Part shown: positions 23,601 through 34,524 of the stretch, in pieces
Position numbering within the stretch: position 1 is the stretch's first letter
Layout of the letters: every line of letters starts with the position of its first letter
Origin: Caecitellus pseudoparvulus
Taxonomy: Eukaryota > Protista > Bigyra: Bicosoecida
Direction of reading: 5' to 3'
NCBI GenBank assembly: GCA_965644315.1
Contig: CBFFRQ010000013.1
Coordinates: 372,001 to 436,000 of the forward strand
Length of the DNA stretch: 64,000 nt
Program-made: the position numbers and the translations under genes
The notes under the pieces: generated by a model
Database searches by the model: none
The model's input: only the letters and a program-made list of their open reading frames with translations
What the model was told of the DNA's origin: nothing

Positions 23601-26315
23601 GGCCTGGAGTCCGCCGCTCGCCTGGCCGACTCCATCTACTCCAAGTACGGCCCGCAGCTGACCTTCCCCGAGTTCTGCGCCCTGCTGTGTGCGCCGGATG
23701 TGGTGGGGTGGGCCCAACAGATCTCGTACCTGGAGCGGCTGGAACACACCCTGCGTTCCGCCCGGGCAGGCAGTGTGGCGGATGTGTCGGGCACAGTGAC
23801 GGCGGCGCGGGCGGAGGCGGTGGCCAAGGGGGAGGAGGTGGAGGGGGGGTCGGACCCCCCCCCCCATCCCGGCCACCGCATCCAGGCGGATGAGGAGGCT
23901 CGTAAGAGCGCCCTGCGGACATACAGCACGAGGAAGGGGGCGGGGAACTTGGCGGCCACGTATGAGGCGCGGCGCAGGCAGCAGGGCGCGTCGACGGCGA
24001 GCCTGCCGTCGCAGGTCGCAGCGACCGGCATTGCGACCGAGGAGGCGGACTCCGGCCCCCGCATCCCCCCCGAGCTGCGCATCCCCCTGCCCACCGTGTC
24101 CAACCGCCAGGCCTCCATCCGGGTGCTGGGGCTGGTGCCGCTGGCGAGTCACGTGGGTGTCGCGGCGACCGTCGCGCGTGCCCGGCGCCGCAAGGCAGAC
24201 CTGGACCCGCGGCGCCTGAAACGCGCGCTGGCGAAACGCAGCGGGGTGGGCGGCGCGCCTGGCAGCATGGTGGCCACCACCACCGCCACCACGGTCCGCA
24301 ACGCGAAAACGCAGGGTCGCATCGCGAAGCAGCTGCAGGGCAACGCCATCATCCGCCTCTTCCGCAATTTGTCCGACGGCAGCATGGGGCACCCGTCCCT
24401 GGACATGGCCACGCGCATCTCGGCGTTTCGTCGGAAACGCATCCTGGCCGCCAACATGGGCGTCCCCGACGCTGCCAGTGGCAACACCAGTGCCATCTTC
24501 CAGGACTCGGAACAACTCGCGGAACTCGCCGCCCTGGCGGGGGTGGGCCCACCGCCGCCCAGCCGAGTCACCACGCCCCGCCCTCGAGGCAAGACGCCCG
24601 ACCGAGCAGGGAAGGAGGAGGCGGAAGGGGGGGCACCTGCAGGCAGATCCCAGGCACGACCTCAGGTCGCACCTGAAGGCGCCACCGTCGTGACCCTGCG
24701 CACCCCCAAGAGCACCCAAGGGGCGAGTGAGGGGGGGGATGCACCCCCCTCACCCCCCCCCCGCAGGCGCCCTCGCCCCCCCTCCCGAGCAAGGGGGGGT
24801 GCCCCCCCCCCTCCTGTCTCCAGCACCTTCGGGCCCAAGGCAGCCCGTTCAGACGACGATACGGCTGTGGAGGCAGCGAACATGGTGCGTTCACGGCGCA
24901 TGAGCCGTTTCATGCGCAACCGCAGCCTGGTGGCCTCCCGTGGTTCCACGGCGGGGTCAGAGGGCAAGGCGGGGGGTGGGGCCACCCTGCGGACACCTTC
25001 CCCGCGCGTGCGGCGGCGTGGGCCCACCCCCCGCATCCAGCTGCCCAACGCCCAAGAGGGTGTTCTTGCCGCCACGGAACGCACTGATGCCCTGCACCGC
25101 CTGCCGCAAGGCATCCGTACTGCCCTGCGTACCGCATGGGTGCACCACTACACCAGCGGGGGGGGGGATGAGGGCGTGCCCGAGGGGGGGTCCCGCACCG
25201 ACCCCGGCCTGCAAGCACTGCCCCCCACCCCTGGCGTTGCGACGGGGCAACATGCGGCGCAGGCGGTTGACTCCCGCGCCACCCGCCGCAACGCAGCAGC
25301 TGCCCGGCGCCGAGCAGAGGAGCGTGTGGCTGCAGCCACCCTGCAGGTGGTGACTCGGTCCCTCATGGGAGGGGGGGTGGCCGACCCCCCCTCCTCCCCC
25401 CCTGCACCACGGCCAGACGCCCCAGCCCTGCAGCACGCTCGCCCCACCAGCAGCAGCTCACCGCACACCGCCTCCCCCTCACCCCTCGTCGTGGACACCA
25501 CCCGGAACAGCGCTGCTGCGTTGCCGGATGCGGGCGCCGGGGGTGGGGGGACACCGCCCCCGGACGTGGATGCCGACGCGCGCCGTGAGGTGCTGCAGCG
25601 CATCAAGGAGGCATCAGTGGCCCCCCGGGACCTGGCGACCAGCCGGCAAGACATCCACGGCGTGCCCCCATCAACCGTGCATCACGAGTCAACCTCCCGG
25701 CTGGTGCAGTCCCACAGCACCCTGGGCAGCGTGCCATCGCTTGGGGGGGATGAGGGGGGGAAGGCCGGCGGCGGCGCCTTCACTTTCGACGAGGAGGGGG
25801 TTGCGGACAGTGGGCCCATGCCTGGTCAGGGTGGGCCCACACCCCGCACCCGCTCGGCCATGCTGGCCGCCGCCGCGGCCCTCCTGGCGTCCCCCCGCCC
25901 TGCGGCAGGGGGGTCCAGACCCCCCCTCTCGCAAGGCCCCTCCCCCCTGGCCATGCTGCAGGCAGGCACGCCCCGTGACACCTCCACCGCCGCCGCCTTC
26001 AACCTGCAGCGATTCGTGACGCTGCACCCCCTGGCAGAGGAGAAGGACGGCGAGGCGCCGGTCACTGAAGCGCCCACACTGAAGGCCATGGGAGCGAAAC
26101 GGCGCCGCAAAGGCCGGCGCAAGCAGCGTGTGCGCATGGCGCCGTCGGTGCGCAGCGACACGCGCTCGATTTCCGCACGCAGCGCTACCGGCACGTCCTC
26201 TACGTCAGGGGTGGACCTGAGCATGTTCCGGGATGCCTCCAGCCTCATGGCCACATCGCAGCGTGCAGCTGCCCTGGCGTCCAGCGCCAGCCGCTCCACG
26301 CCCAGCGTCGCGTGA
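20695..26315 (+). CDS. Large low-complexity EF-hand protein (frame break in G-runs at ~23580-23600)
   Basis: EF-hand FTSLDTDRSGTIGMDEL in the first ORF and a second helix-loop element QLTFPEFCALL in the overlapping ORF, joined across G9/G8 homopolymers. Confidence 0.6.
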
Positions 26316-26352
26316 GTCCTGCTGCGTTGCATTGTGTGCTGGTGCAGGCGCG

Positions 26353-27057
26353 TCACGGCAACACCCGCAGGAAGGGAGGCAGCTCCTCGTCCTCGTACAA
26401 TGCATCTTGGAAAAACACCCGCGCAACACGCATGGTGGACTGCAGGCACACCTCCTTGCAGTACGCGAACTCCGCGCCGAACGCCTGCTGCATGATGGAG
26501 GGCAGGTCCAGCACCACCAAATTCCACCCTGGCACCAGCAACAGCGGCGCAGAGGCGGCGTCGCCCTTGGCGCGAATGACAGTTTGCTTGTTGCTGGCGC
26601 TGTACCGGCGAATGCGCTTGGTGGTGTCCACGAGCGTCAGCGTCAGGCCGGTGAAGCGGTCCACATCCTTCACATGCAGCACAAGGTACGGCAGCGGGCA
26701 CTTGACTGCGATGCGCAGCTCCACCTGTGCGCCCACCAGCTCCACCACCTCCCGCCCGAGCTCGGCGTCCTGCACAATCTCCACTTCCGGCGCAGTAGCT
26801 GCAGCCCCTGCCTTGTGGAGGCTGTGCTGTGTGTCGCGGTAGAAGCAGGCCTCTGCGAGGCGCGGCGTGGCGCGGTAATTGACCGAGCGGGCGTTTCTGC
26901 GGCGCACAATCCACCACGCTGGCGCCACCCACGCACCTTCAGAGGCCTGCACGACAGGCTGGAAGTCTTCCAGTGCTGTCTTTGCTGTGGGCGGCATCAC
27001 TGCCATGATGTGCTGTCCATGGCGGTCGCCAGGCGCCGCCTCGCTGGCTCCAGCCAT
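26353..27057 (-). CDS. CFAP20/Bug22 (DUF667)-domain protein, divergent paralog
   Basis: LPYLVLHVK, RIRRYSASNKQTVIR, PGWNLVVLDL, RVFFQDALYEDEELP; N-terminus divergent from canonical CFAP20. Confidence 0.8.
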   Translation of the reverse strand: MAGASEAAPGDRHGQHIMAVMPPTAKTALEDFQPVVQASEGAWVAPAWWIVRRRNARSVNYRATPRLAEACFYRDTQHSLHKAGAAATAPEVEIVQDAELGREVVELVGAQVELRIAVKCPLPYLVLHVKDVDRFTGLTLTLVDTTKRIRRYSASNKQTVIRAKGDAASAPLLLVPGWNLVVLDLPSIMQQAFGAEFAYCKEVCLQSTMRVARVFFQDALYEDEELPPFLRVLP

Positions 27058-27434
27058 GCAGCGTGCTGGCACCGATCCTCCTCACGGACCGGGCCACGCT
27101 GCAAGCCTCCGAAGAGCCCGGGTGGGTGGGGGGTGTGGGCACTTGCGAAGCGCGTCCTGCTTCAGGGACTCACGGTCGCTACGAGGCAGCTGGTGTAGTT
27201 GGGCTGCACTCTGCGTTTTGCTGAGCGACGTACTTCGCAGACGCACAATGCTGAGCACACACCCTCCACAAGAGACACCCGTCTTTGCGCAGGATAGCAG
27301 AAGGCGTTCCTGTGCCGCGCAGCGTGGCCTCAGCCAAGCAAGTGCATTCAAACAGCGCAGTCCCCGCACGCCGCAGCCATCAACGCCTAGTGCAATGAGT
27401 GCACCGACACAAACAGAAAAGAAAACTTGACATC

Positions 27435-30400
27435 TTAACCTGTCGGGCGTGTTCGGGGCCCAGTCCTCGCCTTTGGCAACGGCACACGCTTCACCACCCC
27501 TCGGTGGCCGTGCCTTGCACTGCTGCGGTACACTGACAAGCGTTTCGAAACTGCGCTCCCTGCCGCGACAGCGCCGGAGCCCCGCTGGTCTGCTTTGCGC
27601 AAGGAAAACCGGGCTTTGTGAGTCGACCGCTGTGGGCGGATTTTGCTCCCCGCGAAGTCCCTGCGCAGCTTGAGGCGCCGCGCAGCACTGGCGGTCTCCC
27701 CGCCCTCGCCGGGTTGCCCGCCCAGCGCAGGCTCCAGGTCAGGGTTGATGTAGTCTCGAACTCGGTTGGAGGTCGCCCACTGCATGGTCTGCATGAAGTC
27801 TGCCTGTGCCTTCTGGATGCTGAGGCGGGAGGACGCCTGACGCAGGCCTTGCGTGCCGTGTGTGCGTTGCACCGTCAGAAACTCCGGCAGGTGCTGGGAG
27901 CCCCTGCGCGCTGCAGAGGCGGACAGCACCATCGCAGCGCCGGCCTCCGCAGTGCCCATGCCGCCCAACTGCACCTGGCTGTACTGTGCCCCCATCGCCA
28001 AGCTCTCAGTTGGCACCGCGCCGCTCAGTGCGAACGGCAGTGCAATCGCTGTTGCTTCGCTGCCCTCTTCTGAGCTGCGGACCCGACTACCTGCAAGAGG
28101 GTTAGAGCCCACAATGATGTCCTTCTCCACATGCGGCTTTGCGCCTCCCGGGGCAGGGCCGCGCTTGCGGCGCACAATTGGCAAGGGCCGCCGCCGCCGC
28201 CGCCACATGACGGCCAGCACGACACACACAGCGAACAGCGCCACACACCCCATGAGGAGTTGGAAATTCCAGTGCCCCGGATTGCCAAGTCGTTCGGAGG
28301 GCGTGCCCTCCTTCGTCCCCTTGCTGGCGCCTGCGCTGCCCTTGCTCCCACCCTGTGCAGTTTGACCTGGCACATCGCCACTGCCCGTGCCTTGCCCGGC
28401 GAGCTGCGCACGCAGAGACACGCGAGGGGTCAAGGTGGGGAGCAGAGTCTGCGCAGGCACTCCCAGTGGCGCAGCCGTGGTGCTGGGCTGCGGCGAGGTG
28501 GCTGCCTGCACAGCTTCCCTGCTGCAGCTCGGTGAAGCGCTCCCGGACGGTGTGGAGGTCGGCACTTGCGACTCAACGACTGGCTGGGTTGCACCAGCAC
28601 TGCCTGAAGCAGTAGGAGAGCTGGTCTGCGTGGATGAAGGTGCTGTTGACGCGCTTGCACTTGGCGTTGAGCTCTGCGTGGTGGTGGGTGTGACCAGCTG
28701 TGTAGCGCTTGTGCTTGAAGTGGCGCTGGCTGAAGCAGATGTGCTGTGAGCGGGAGATCGAGACACTGATGGCGACAAGGTGGGCGTCCCACTTGTGCTG
28801 GTTGTGCTGGAAGGGGAACTTGAGCATGTCCGTGATGGGCTCCCACTTGCCGTCTCAGAGGCTGTGCTGGAAGGCGATTGAGACGCAGTTCGCGTTGGCG
28901 TTTGAGAGGTCGTTCCTGACGGTGACACGGACGGAGTGCCTGAGGCAGTGATGGATGGCGATGTTGAGACTGTGACTGAAGGCGTCTGTGAAGGTGTCTG
29001 CGAGGCAGTATTTGATGGCGTTGCAGTTGGTGTTGGGGAAGCGGTTCCTGAGTGTGATGGCGATGTTGTTGCAGTCGTGGTCGTGGACGGGGTCGAGGTC
29101 GGTGTTGGGGTCGAGGTTGGTGTTGGGGTTGACGTCGGTGTTGGGGTCGAGGTCGGGGTCGGACTCGAGGTTGGTGTTGCTTGCACACAAGCCCCATTGC
29201 CGGTTGACAGCTGCAGCCCAGATATCTCCGACAAGGCGCTCTTCGTCACCCACCGCGAACCGGCAATGCATGGCTGTGAGACCGCAGGATTGCCTGCCAA
29301 GTTTACCGTCACTGTGGCTTCGCCAAAGAACTTGCGTTCGTGCAGCACTATGATGTCATTCCCGCCCAAGTCGAAGCTGCGAGAAGGGGCCATGTGCAAA
29401 GCTACGGCCATGTTTGGAGAACTGACGATGCCTTCACTTGAGAGTGGCACCCAGGCCTCTCCAGAGCCATGCCGGCTGCTAAAGAATCTCCCCGATACGT
29501 CAGCTGCACATGAAGCTAGCTGAATGCCGCCAGTCTTTAGGTCTTCGACCCCGACACAGCCATGCCCCATTTGCTTGACGTACGTGGGCGCGCTCCGTGA
29601 CATCTCGTCCCCTGTGCCGAGTTTTCCGGCAATATTGTCGCCGAAACACCTGGCACCACCATCAGACGTTAGAATGCACGTGTGCTTTCCACCAGCTGAC
29701 ACGTCCACTGGCCATGAGCCGTCCGGGGTGAGGACCACCTCACCGGGCGAGGGCTGGTGTGCGGTGCTGCCACTGCCCAGCTGCAACTCAGATCCGCGAC
29801 CCCAGCACAGAACACGCATGTCATTCGTCACGGCACATGCGTGACTTTGTCCGACGCTCACGCGTAGGAAGCCAAGGTCTGAAGCAACGGGCCCGATGCC
29901 AGTTGCATCCTCCACCACGCCCACCCCCAGGGACCCTTCGCCGGGTCTGTTCCAGCCCCAGCAAACGACTTGGCCGTTCACCAGCACTGCACACGTCATG
30001 CTTTCCCCGCAAGACAGGTGCACGGCGGGGATGCCCTGCATGTCCACCTGCACCGGGGCGCTGGTCAGGGAAGCATACGCAACACCGTCCAACTCCCCCA
30101 AGCGCCCATCCCCGACACACCAGACAGAGCCATTCAACCCGCTGATTATGCAGGTGTGGTAGAAACCAGTGCACATGGCGATAGGCTTCAGTGCGTTCAG
30201 CAGTGTGGAGGCAATGGCTTTGGACGTAGACCCTGTCTTCCCGTCGCCATGTGCGTACGAATCGCCAGACCCCCAGCAGTAGATGTCCTGCATGTGCGTC
30301 AGGCCGCATGAAAACTCCACCCCGACGTCCACTTGCAGGACACCTGCAACTGACGGCCACAAATGCACAGGCGAGGCGTAGTCGGTGTACCGAATGCCAA

Positions 30401-30932
30401 GCAAGTTCGTGTACTCGGTCTCGAGCCGCCCGTTCCCGAGCTGCCCTAGATAGGGACTCCCCCAGCAGTACACGCGACCATCTTGCACACCAGCACAGGA
30501 GTGTCTGTACAGCCCTGCGACGCTCACGCCAGGGGAGTCTGGAAGGTCCCGCACTGGCTCCTGGTACAGGACTTCAAGGTTGAGGGACGTGGAGGATTGG
30601 CTCCCAACACGGTTATACTTGTCATACCCCCAACACACAACTGTTCCTTCACGCAGAATACCGCAGGTGTGCTCCAGGCCTGCTGAAAGGGAAACAAAGC
30701 CCTTGGGGCTGCTCCAGAGTGACGGTATGGGCAACGCTGCTGCAGCTGGATGCAACACTGCCAAGGCCCGAGCGCCTGCATCGACACTAAATCGCTCAAA
30801 CACATCCTGAGGGTTGGTCACATTCGCACACGCAAGCTGCGCTGCAAGAGCCAACAGGATTGCTGCTTGTGTCGCACTGTAGTGCTTTGTGCTTGGGTGC
30901 ACTGCACTTCCCGTGAGCCGCACGACCTGCAT
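27435..30932 (-). CDS. Type I membrane protein: signal peptide, RCC1/BLIP-II repeats, LRR-like remnant, Ser/Thr/Pro mucin stalk, TM helix, cytoplasmic tail
   Basis: About 7 repeats of the type VSAGGKHTCILTSDGGARCFG; (TPTSTP)n stalk; TM LLMGCVALFAVCVVLAVMW followed by RRRRR; intronless. Confidence 0.85.
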   Translation of the reverse strand: MQVVRLTGSAVHPSTKHYSATQAAILLALAAQLACANVTNPQDVFERFSVDAGARALAVLHPAAAALPIPSLWSSPKGFVSLSAGLEHTCGILREGTVVCWGYDKYNRVGSQSSTSLNLEVLYQEPVRDLPDSPGVSVAGLYRHSCAGVQDGRVYCWGSPYLGQLGNGRLETEYTNLLGIRYTDYASPVHLWPSVAGVLQVDVGVEFSCGLTHMQDIYCWGSGDSYAHGDGKTGSTSKAIASTLLNALKPIAMCTGFYHTCIISGLNGSVWCVGDGRLGELDGVAYASLTSAPVQVDMQGIPAVHLSCGESMTCAVLVNGQVVCWGWNRPGEGSLGVGVVEDATGIGPVASDLGFLRVSVGQSHACAVTNDMRVLCWGRGSELQLGSGSTAHQPSPGEVVLTPDGSWPVDVSAGGKHTCILTSDGGARCFGDNIAGKLGTGDEMSRSAPTYVKQMGHGCVGVEDLKTGGIQLASCAADVSGRFFSSRHGSGEAWVPLSSEGIVSSPNMAVALHMAPSRSFDLGGNDIIVLHERKFFGEATVTVNLAGNPAVSQPCIAGSRWVTKSALSEISGLQLSTGNGACVQATPTSSPTPTSTPTPTSTPTPTSTPTPTSTPSTTTTATTSPSHSGTASPTPTATPSNTASQTPSQTPSVTVSTSPSITASGTPSVSPSGTTSQTPTRTASQSPSSTASETASGSPSRTCSSSPSSTTSTSGTPTLSPSVSRSPAHSTSASASATSSTSATQLVTPTTTQSSTPSASASTAPSSTQTSSPTASGSAGATQPVVESQVPTSTPSGSASPSCSREAVQAATSPQPSTTAAPLGVPAQTLLPTLTPRVSLRAQLAGQGTGSGDVPGQTAQGGSKGSAGASKGTKEGTPSERLGNPGHWNFQLLMGCVALFAVCVVLAVMWRRRRRPLPIVRRKRGPAPGGAKPHVEKDIIVGSNPLAGSRVRSSEEGSEATAIALPFALSGAVPTESLAMGAQYSQVQLGGMGTAEAGAAMVLSASAARRGSQHLPEFLTVQRTHGTQGLRQASSRLSIQKAQADFMQTMQWATSNRVRDYINPDLEPALGGQPGEGGETASAARRLKLRRDFAGSKIRPQRSTHKARFSLRKADQRGSGAVAAGSAVSKRLSVYRSSARHGHRGVVKRVPLPKARTGPRTRPTG
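29088..29178 (-). repeat. 18-bp coding tandem repeat (TPTSTP)
   Basis: Repeated ggtcgaggt(c/t)ggtgttgg units. Confidence 0.8.
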
Positions 30933-31473
30933 CTCCCTGTACGTGCCCCCAGCGCGCGGAACCTGGTCAGCAAGCAAGGAAAAGCTGTATGGGTTGTGCA
31001 CAGAAGGAGCCCCGCTGTTTCCTTGGCGTCCACGTGTGTCTCTGGCAGCCAAGTCGAGCAACCTGGCGTGCGGCCCGCTTGTGACTCAGCTCTGAACGGC
31101 GCACAAAGGTCGAAACGGAGCAGATGCAGGCCTTGAGGCAAAGATATGGGCACATCAAACAAAGTTCGCGGATAGTTGGCATGCTGCATTCTTGGCATCC
31201 CCTCACCGTTTTCACGTTTGTGTCAAGGATGATAGACTGTTTCTCTCGGCAACAGCTCAACGTAGGGACACGCGCACCCCGCTCAAAAAAAGCCCGCCGA
31301 GAAAGCAGGGCAGCCGGTTCCATGTTCAATGTGTCTGGAATTTCAGTGAAGAGTCTCTTCCCTGCTACGCCTTGGCTACAGCACCCGTGCTCTCTGGCGG
31401 TCCAGCCAAACGCGCGCACATGCTCGAGGCGCAAGCTTGCACCGTGCAGTGAACAGCTTCAGCAGGCTTGCAG

Positions 31474-34186
31474 TATGGACGCTCCCTCTGACCCCTTTGC
31501 AAAACTGCGCAGCCTGCGCGCTCGCTTCGCATCGGGGTCGTCGCAGCAGGCAGAGGAAAAGCCCGCACCTGCAGTGGAGTTTCACAATGCCCGCGGGGCG
31601 GCGCTGTTCAGGCGGGCCCAGCAGTTCAGAACTGCACCTGAGCACCTAGAAGCTCGTCCTAGGCAGGATCCTCCTGTCATCCAAAGCCCTGCGGTGTCAA
31701 AGTCCCAGCGTGCGTTTGCTGTGCCCTGCTGGAGTGCAGTCGTTGCGCGGGCGTTTTGCGTTTCACTGGCACCCACTCCCCTGCACCCTACTCGCAGAGT
31801 CCTCTCCATCATCCACACTGAGGGGCAGCGGGCACTTTGTCAGGCACTCCTTCTCCAAGCCCTGGGACGTCGCTCGCCAGCTGGACCTGGAGGCCGACAG
31901 CGACGGCTCAAGCGGCCAGGCCACTCCGATCCAAACCTCTGCCTCAACAACACAGCCCAAACCCAGCCACCTGGCCACGCCCCAGCCACAGGACATGCCC
32001 GCAGTGTCTCCACAGCCCCAGCACTCCATGCCGCGCCCCGCCGCCGCCACAGCACGCGAGGCCAAGGCGGAGGACGACGCCCCCCCTCCCACGCCCGACC
32101 TCACGCTGGCTGAGCTTGAGGCCCAGGTGGCCGCCGCCACGTCAGAGGTGGCCCACCTGCGCGGGGAGGTGGGCGCCGCCAAGCGCCACGTCCTGGACAC
32201 CCACGCCGCCGCCGTGGCCTCGCTGTCCGCCCACCAGGACCGCCTGGCCCACCGCCGCGCCGCGCTCAAAACCTACCACGCCGGCCGCTTGCAGCAGCTG
32301 GCGGACCTGGCGCGCAGCCTGCACAGCCAAGAACAGCAGCTGCTGGGGCGGGCCGTGTTCACGGCTGCCGCAGTGGCCCAGGCGGCGGCGGCCCCCGAAC
32401 CGGCAGCGGTGCAGGCTGGGCTGCCGGCGGTGCAGGATGCACTCACGACCTCAGGTCGCGTCTCGGCACCAGGCCTCACGCCCCGTCCCCAGTCCGCCCA
32501 GCGCGGGGGGGGGCTCGGTTCCCATGCGCCGTGGACATCCCCTGAGGGGGGCGGCGACGGTGACTCCGTGCATGCTGCGTTGCAGGCCGCCCAGGACAGC
32601 GGCATGCCCCCACCCCCCCCGGGCCTGGCAGCGGGGGCTGCCTCAGGGGTGGGCCGCGGCGGCTTCACGCACCGCGGCAGCACCCCCCCCACATCCCCCC
32701 GCCCCGCCTCCCCCACATCACCCCCGCATCACCTCCAAGGCGCCCTGGACTCCCTCCTCGCCGCGTTGACGAGCCAGGTGGACCAGCTGGCCAGTGTGGA
32801 GGCGGCGCCCTCCTCCCCCGCCTCAGTGGGGGGCCCAGCAACCAGCCCACAGCAGGCGCCTCCAGGGCGGGAAAGCACAGGGAGGGGTGGGCCCACCGCC
32901 CCAGCCGCCGGGGGGGGCGGGGTCCGGGGCGGACATGCCGCCTTCACCCCCTCCATCCCCACTGTGGCAGGGCTCACGGCACGGGTGGATGAGGAGCAGG
33001 GCCCCCCCCCTGGCCTGCCGCCCCCCGCGAGTGTGGGCCCACCCCTCCGCACCATCCGCTTGCCCCCCAGCTCCAGTGCAACCCCACAGCCCTCCTCCGC
33101 TGCGCCCCCCCCCTCCCTGCACATCCCCCCCCGCAGGGGAGCTGGTGCCACGGGCGTACCCGCCGCCTCAGCACCCGCTCAGCCACAGCCACAGCCTCAG
33201 CCACAGCCTCAGCCACAGCCACAGCCCCAGCCACAGCCACAAGAGAAGGAGGAAGAAGAGGCAGCCCCCGCCCGCCCCCCTCCCCCAGCCCCTCTTCGTG
33301 CCTGCTTCGTGGAGCTACCACCCCCGGCCGGACCCGCACCCCCGCACCCCAGCCCATGCCCACACACGCCCCCCCAGCCAGGGAGTCCCCCCCCCACACG
33401 ACACCCTCCTCCGCCCCTGCCCCCCCCCCAGCACCAGCATCGGGCCGCAGTGGGCATGGCACCAGCACTGCCCAACACTCGCCCCCACGTGAGCAAGGGG
33501 GCGTGACCAGAGTGCACCGGCGGCGGCGTGAGCCCCGGGAGCCGGGAGCCGGCGGGCGAGTCCGCCAAACCTCCCCCATGTCCACTGCAGCGGCGGTGGA
33601 GGCGTCTCGCCGCCGGGTGGCTGCCAAGCGGGCGGCGGAGGCGGGGACCCCCCCCTCACACCCCATCCCCGTCACCATGGACATGGCCCTGACCTCCACA
33701 GGGCGGGCCGCCATGGGGGGGGTGGCGCCACCCCTGGGCCCACCTGCCCGCCCGCCTGCCCCAGGCGCCTTTGTGGACAAAATGACGAACTACAAGCGGG
33801 CCGTGGCAAGAGACCCCGCGGAGCCTGACAACTCCTACTCCCAGCGCCTGCGCACCAGCCCACGACGGTACCAGCAGCAGGCGCCACGGTCCAGTGGTGG
33901 GGGGGGTGAGGGGGGGGGGCACAGCACTGCAGCCTGGATGAGCCGCACCACGGACGGGGCGCCGGCGAGTGTCCCCAGCTCCGTCGTGGACAGCACCTTC
34001 ACGGTGGGGGACCTGGGCGCCCACAGCACTGTGCGCGCCGCACGACCTCGACGAGTCAAGGGCTCCCCTCGCAAGCTGGGCCATGGGCCCACGGGCGGCA
34101 AGCCTGGCAGCACGACGGGCAGTCTTGTGCCGCAGCCGGCCAAGGCGGCCAGCAAGGCACGCCAGCCGAAGGCAATGCATCGCTAG
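31474..34186 (+). CDS. Hypothetical Pro/Ala-rich coiled-coil protein (introns ~31710-31797 and probably ~33298-33377)
   Basis: Three ORFs are reconciled in frame by GT-AG introns; coiled-coil segment LAELEAQVAAATSEVAHLRGEV; (QP)n tract. Confidence 0.55.
33180..33242 (+). repeat. (CAGCCN)n coding minisatellite, Gln-Pro repeat
   Basis: About 10 consecutive cagcca/cagcct/cagccc units. Confidence 0.85.
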
Positions 34187-34344
34187 AGTGTTAAGGTAAG
34201 GGTCATGCTGTGCGCATCCCGGTAGTCTGTGTTTAGCACCCAGTTTGGGCTTTGGACGGTGCGCAAGGTGAAAAGAACGCGCTTCAGCATTCTATCGCAA
34301 AACATGAGTAATATGTATTTAAAATTCAGCCACAACGTTATCAT

Positions 34345-34416
34345 ACCGCTATGGTGCAATGGCTAGCACGGGTCGCTTTCACCGACCAAATCCGGGTTCA
34401 ATTCCCGGTAGCGGTG
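34345..34416 (+). tRNA. tRNA-Glu(UUC)
   Basis: Cloverleaf: ACCGCTA/TAGCGGT acceptor, GTGC/GCAC D-stem, GGTCG-CTTTCAC-CGACC anticodon arm, CCGGG-TTCAATT-CCCGG T-arm. Confidence 0.93.
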
Positions 34417-34422
34417 AACCTC

Positions 34423-34428
34423 TTTTTT
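34423..34428 (+). terminator. RNA Pol III terminator (T6)
   Basis: TTTTTT starting 7 nt downstream of the tRNA. Confidence 0.8.
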
Positions 34429-34524
34429 CGTCACAGGCCCCCCACGCAAAGCACAAATTTCAGCAGTGTGACTCAAAAACTACACTGACCAGGTAAAGAC
34501 AATCACACGTGCTGCATTCGGGTG

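Noticed and set aside
33290-33510. Apparent frameshift between ORFs 31710-33506 and 33356-34186
   Set aside because: An 80-nt GT-AG intron (33298-33377) restores the frame, and a C-run error is also possible. No need for programmed frameshifting.
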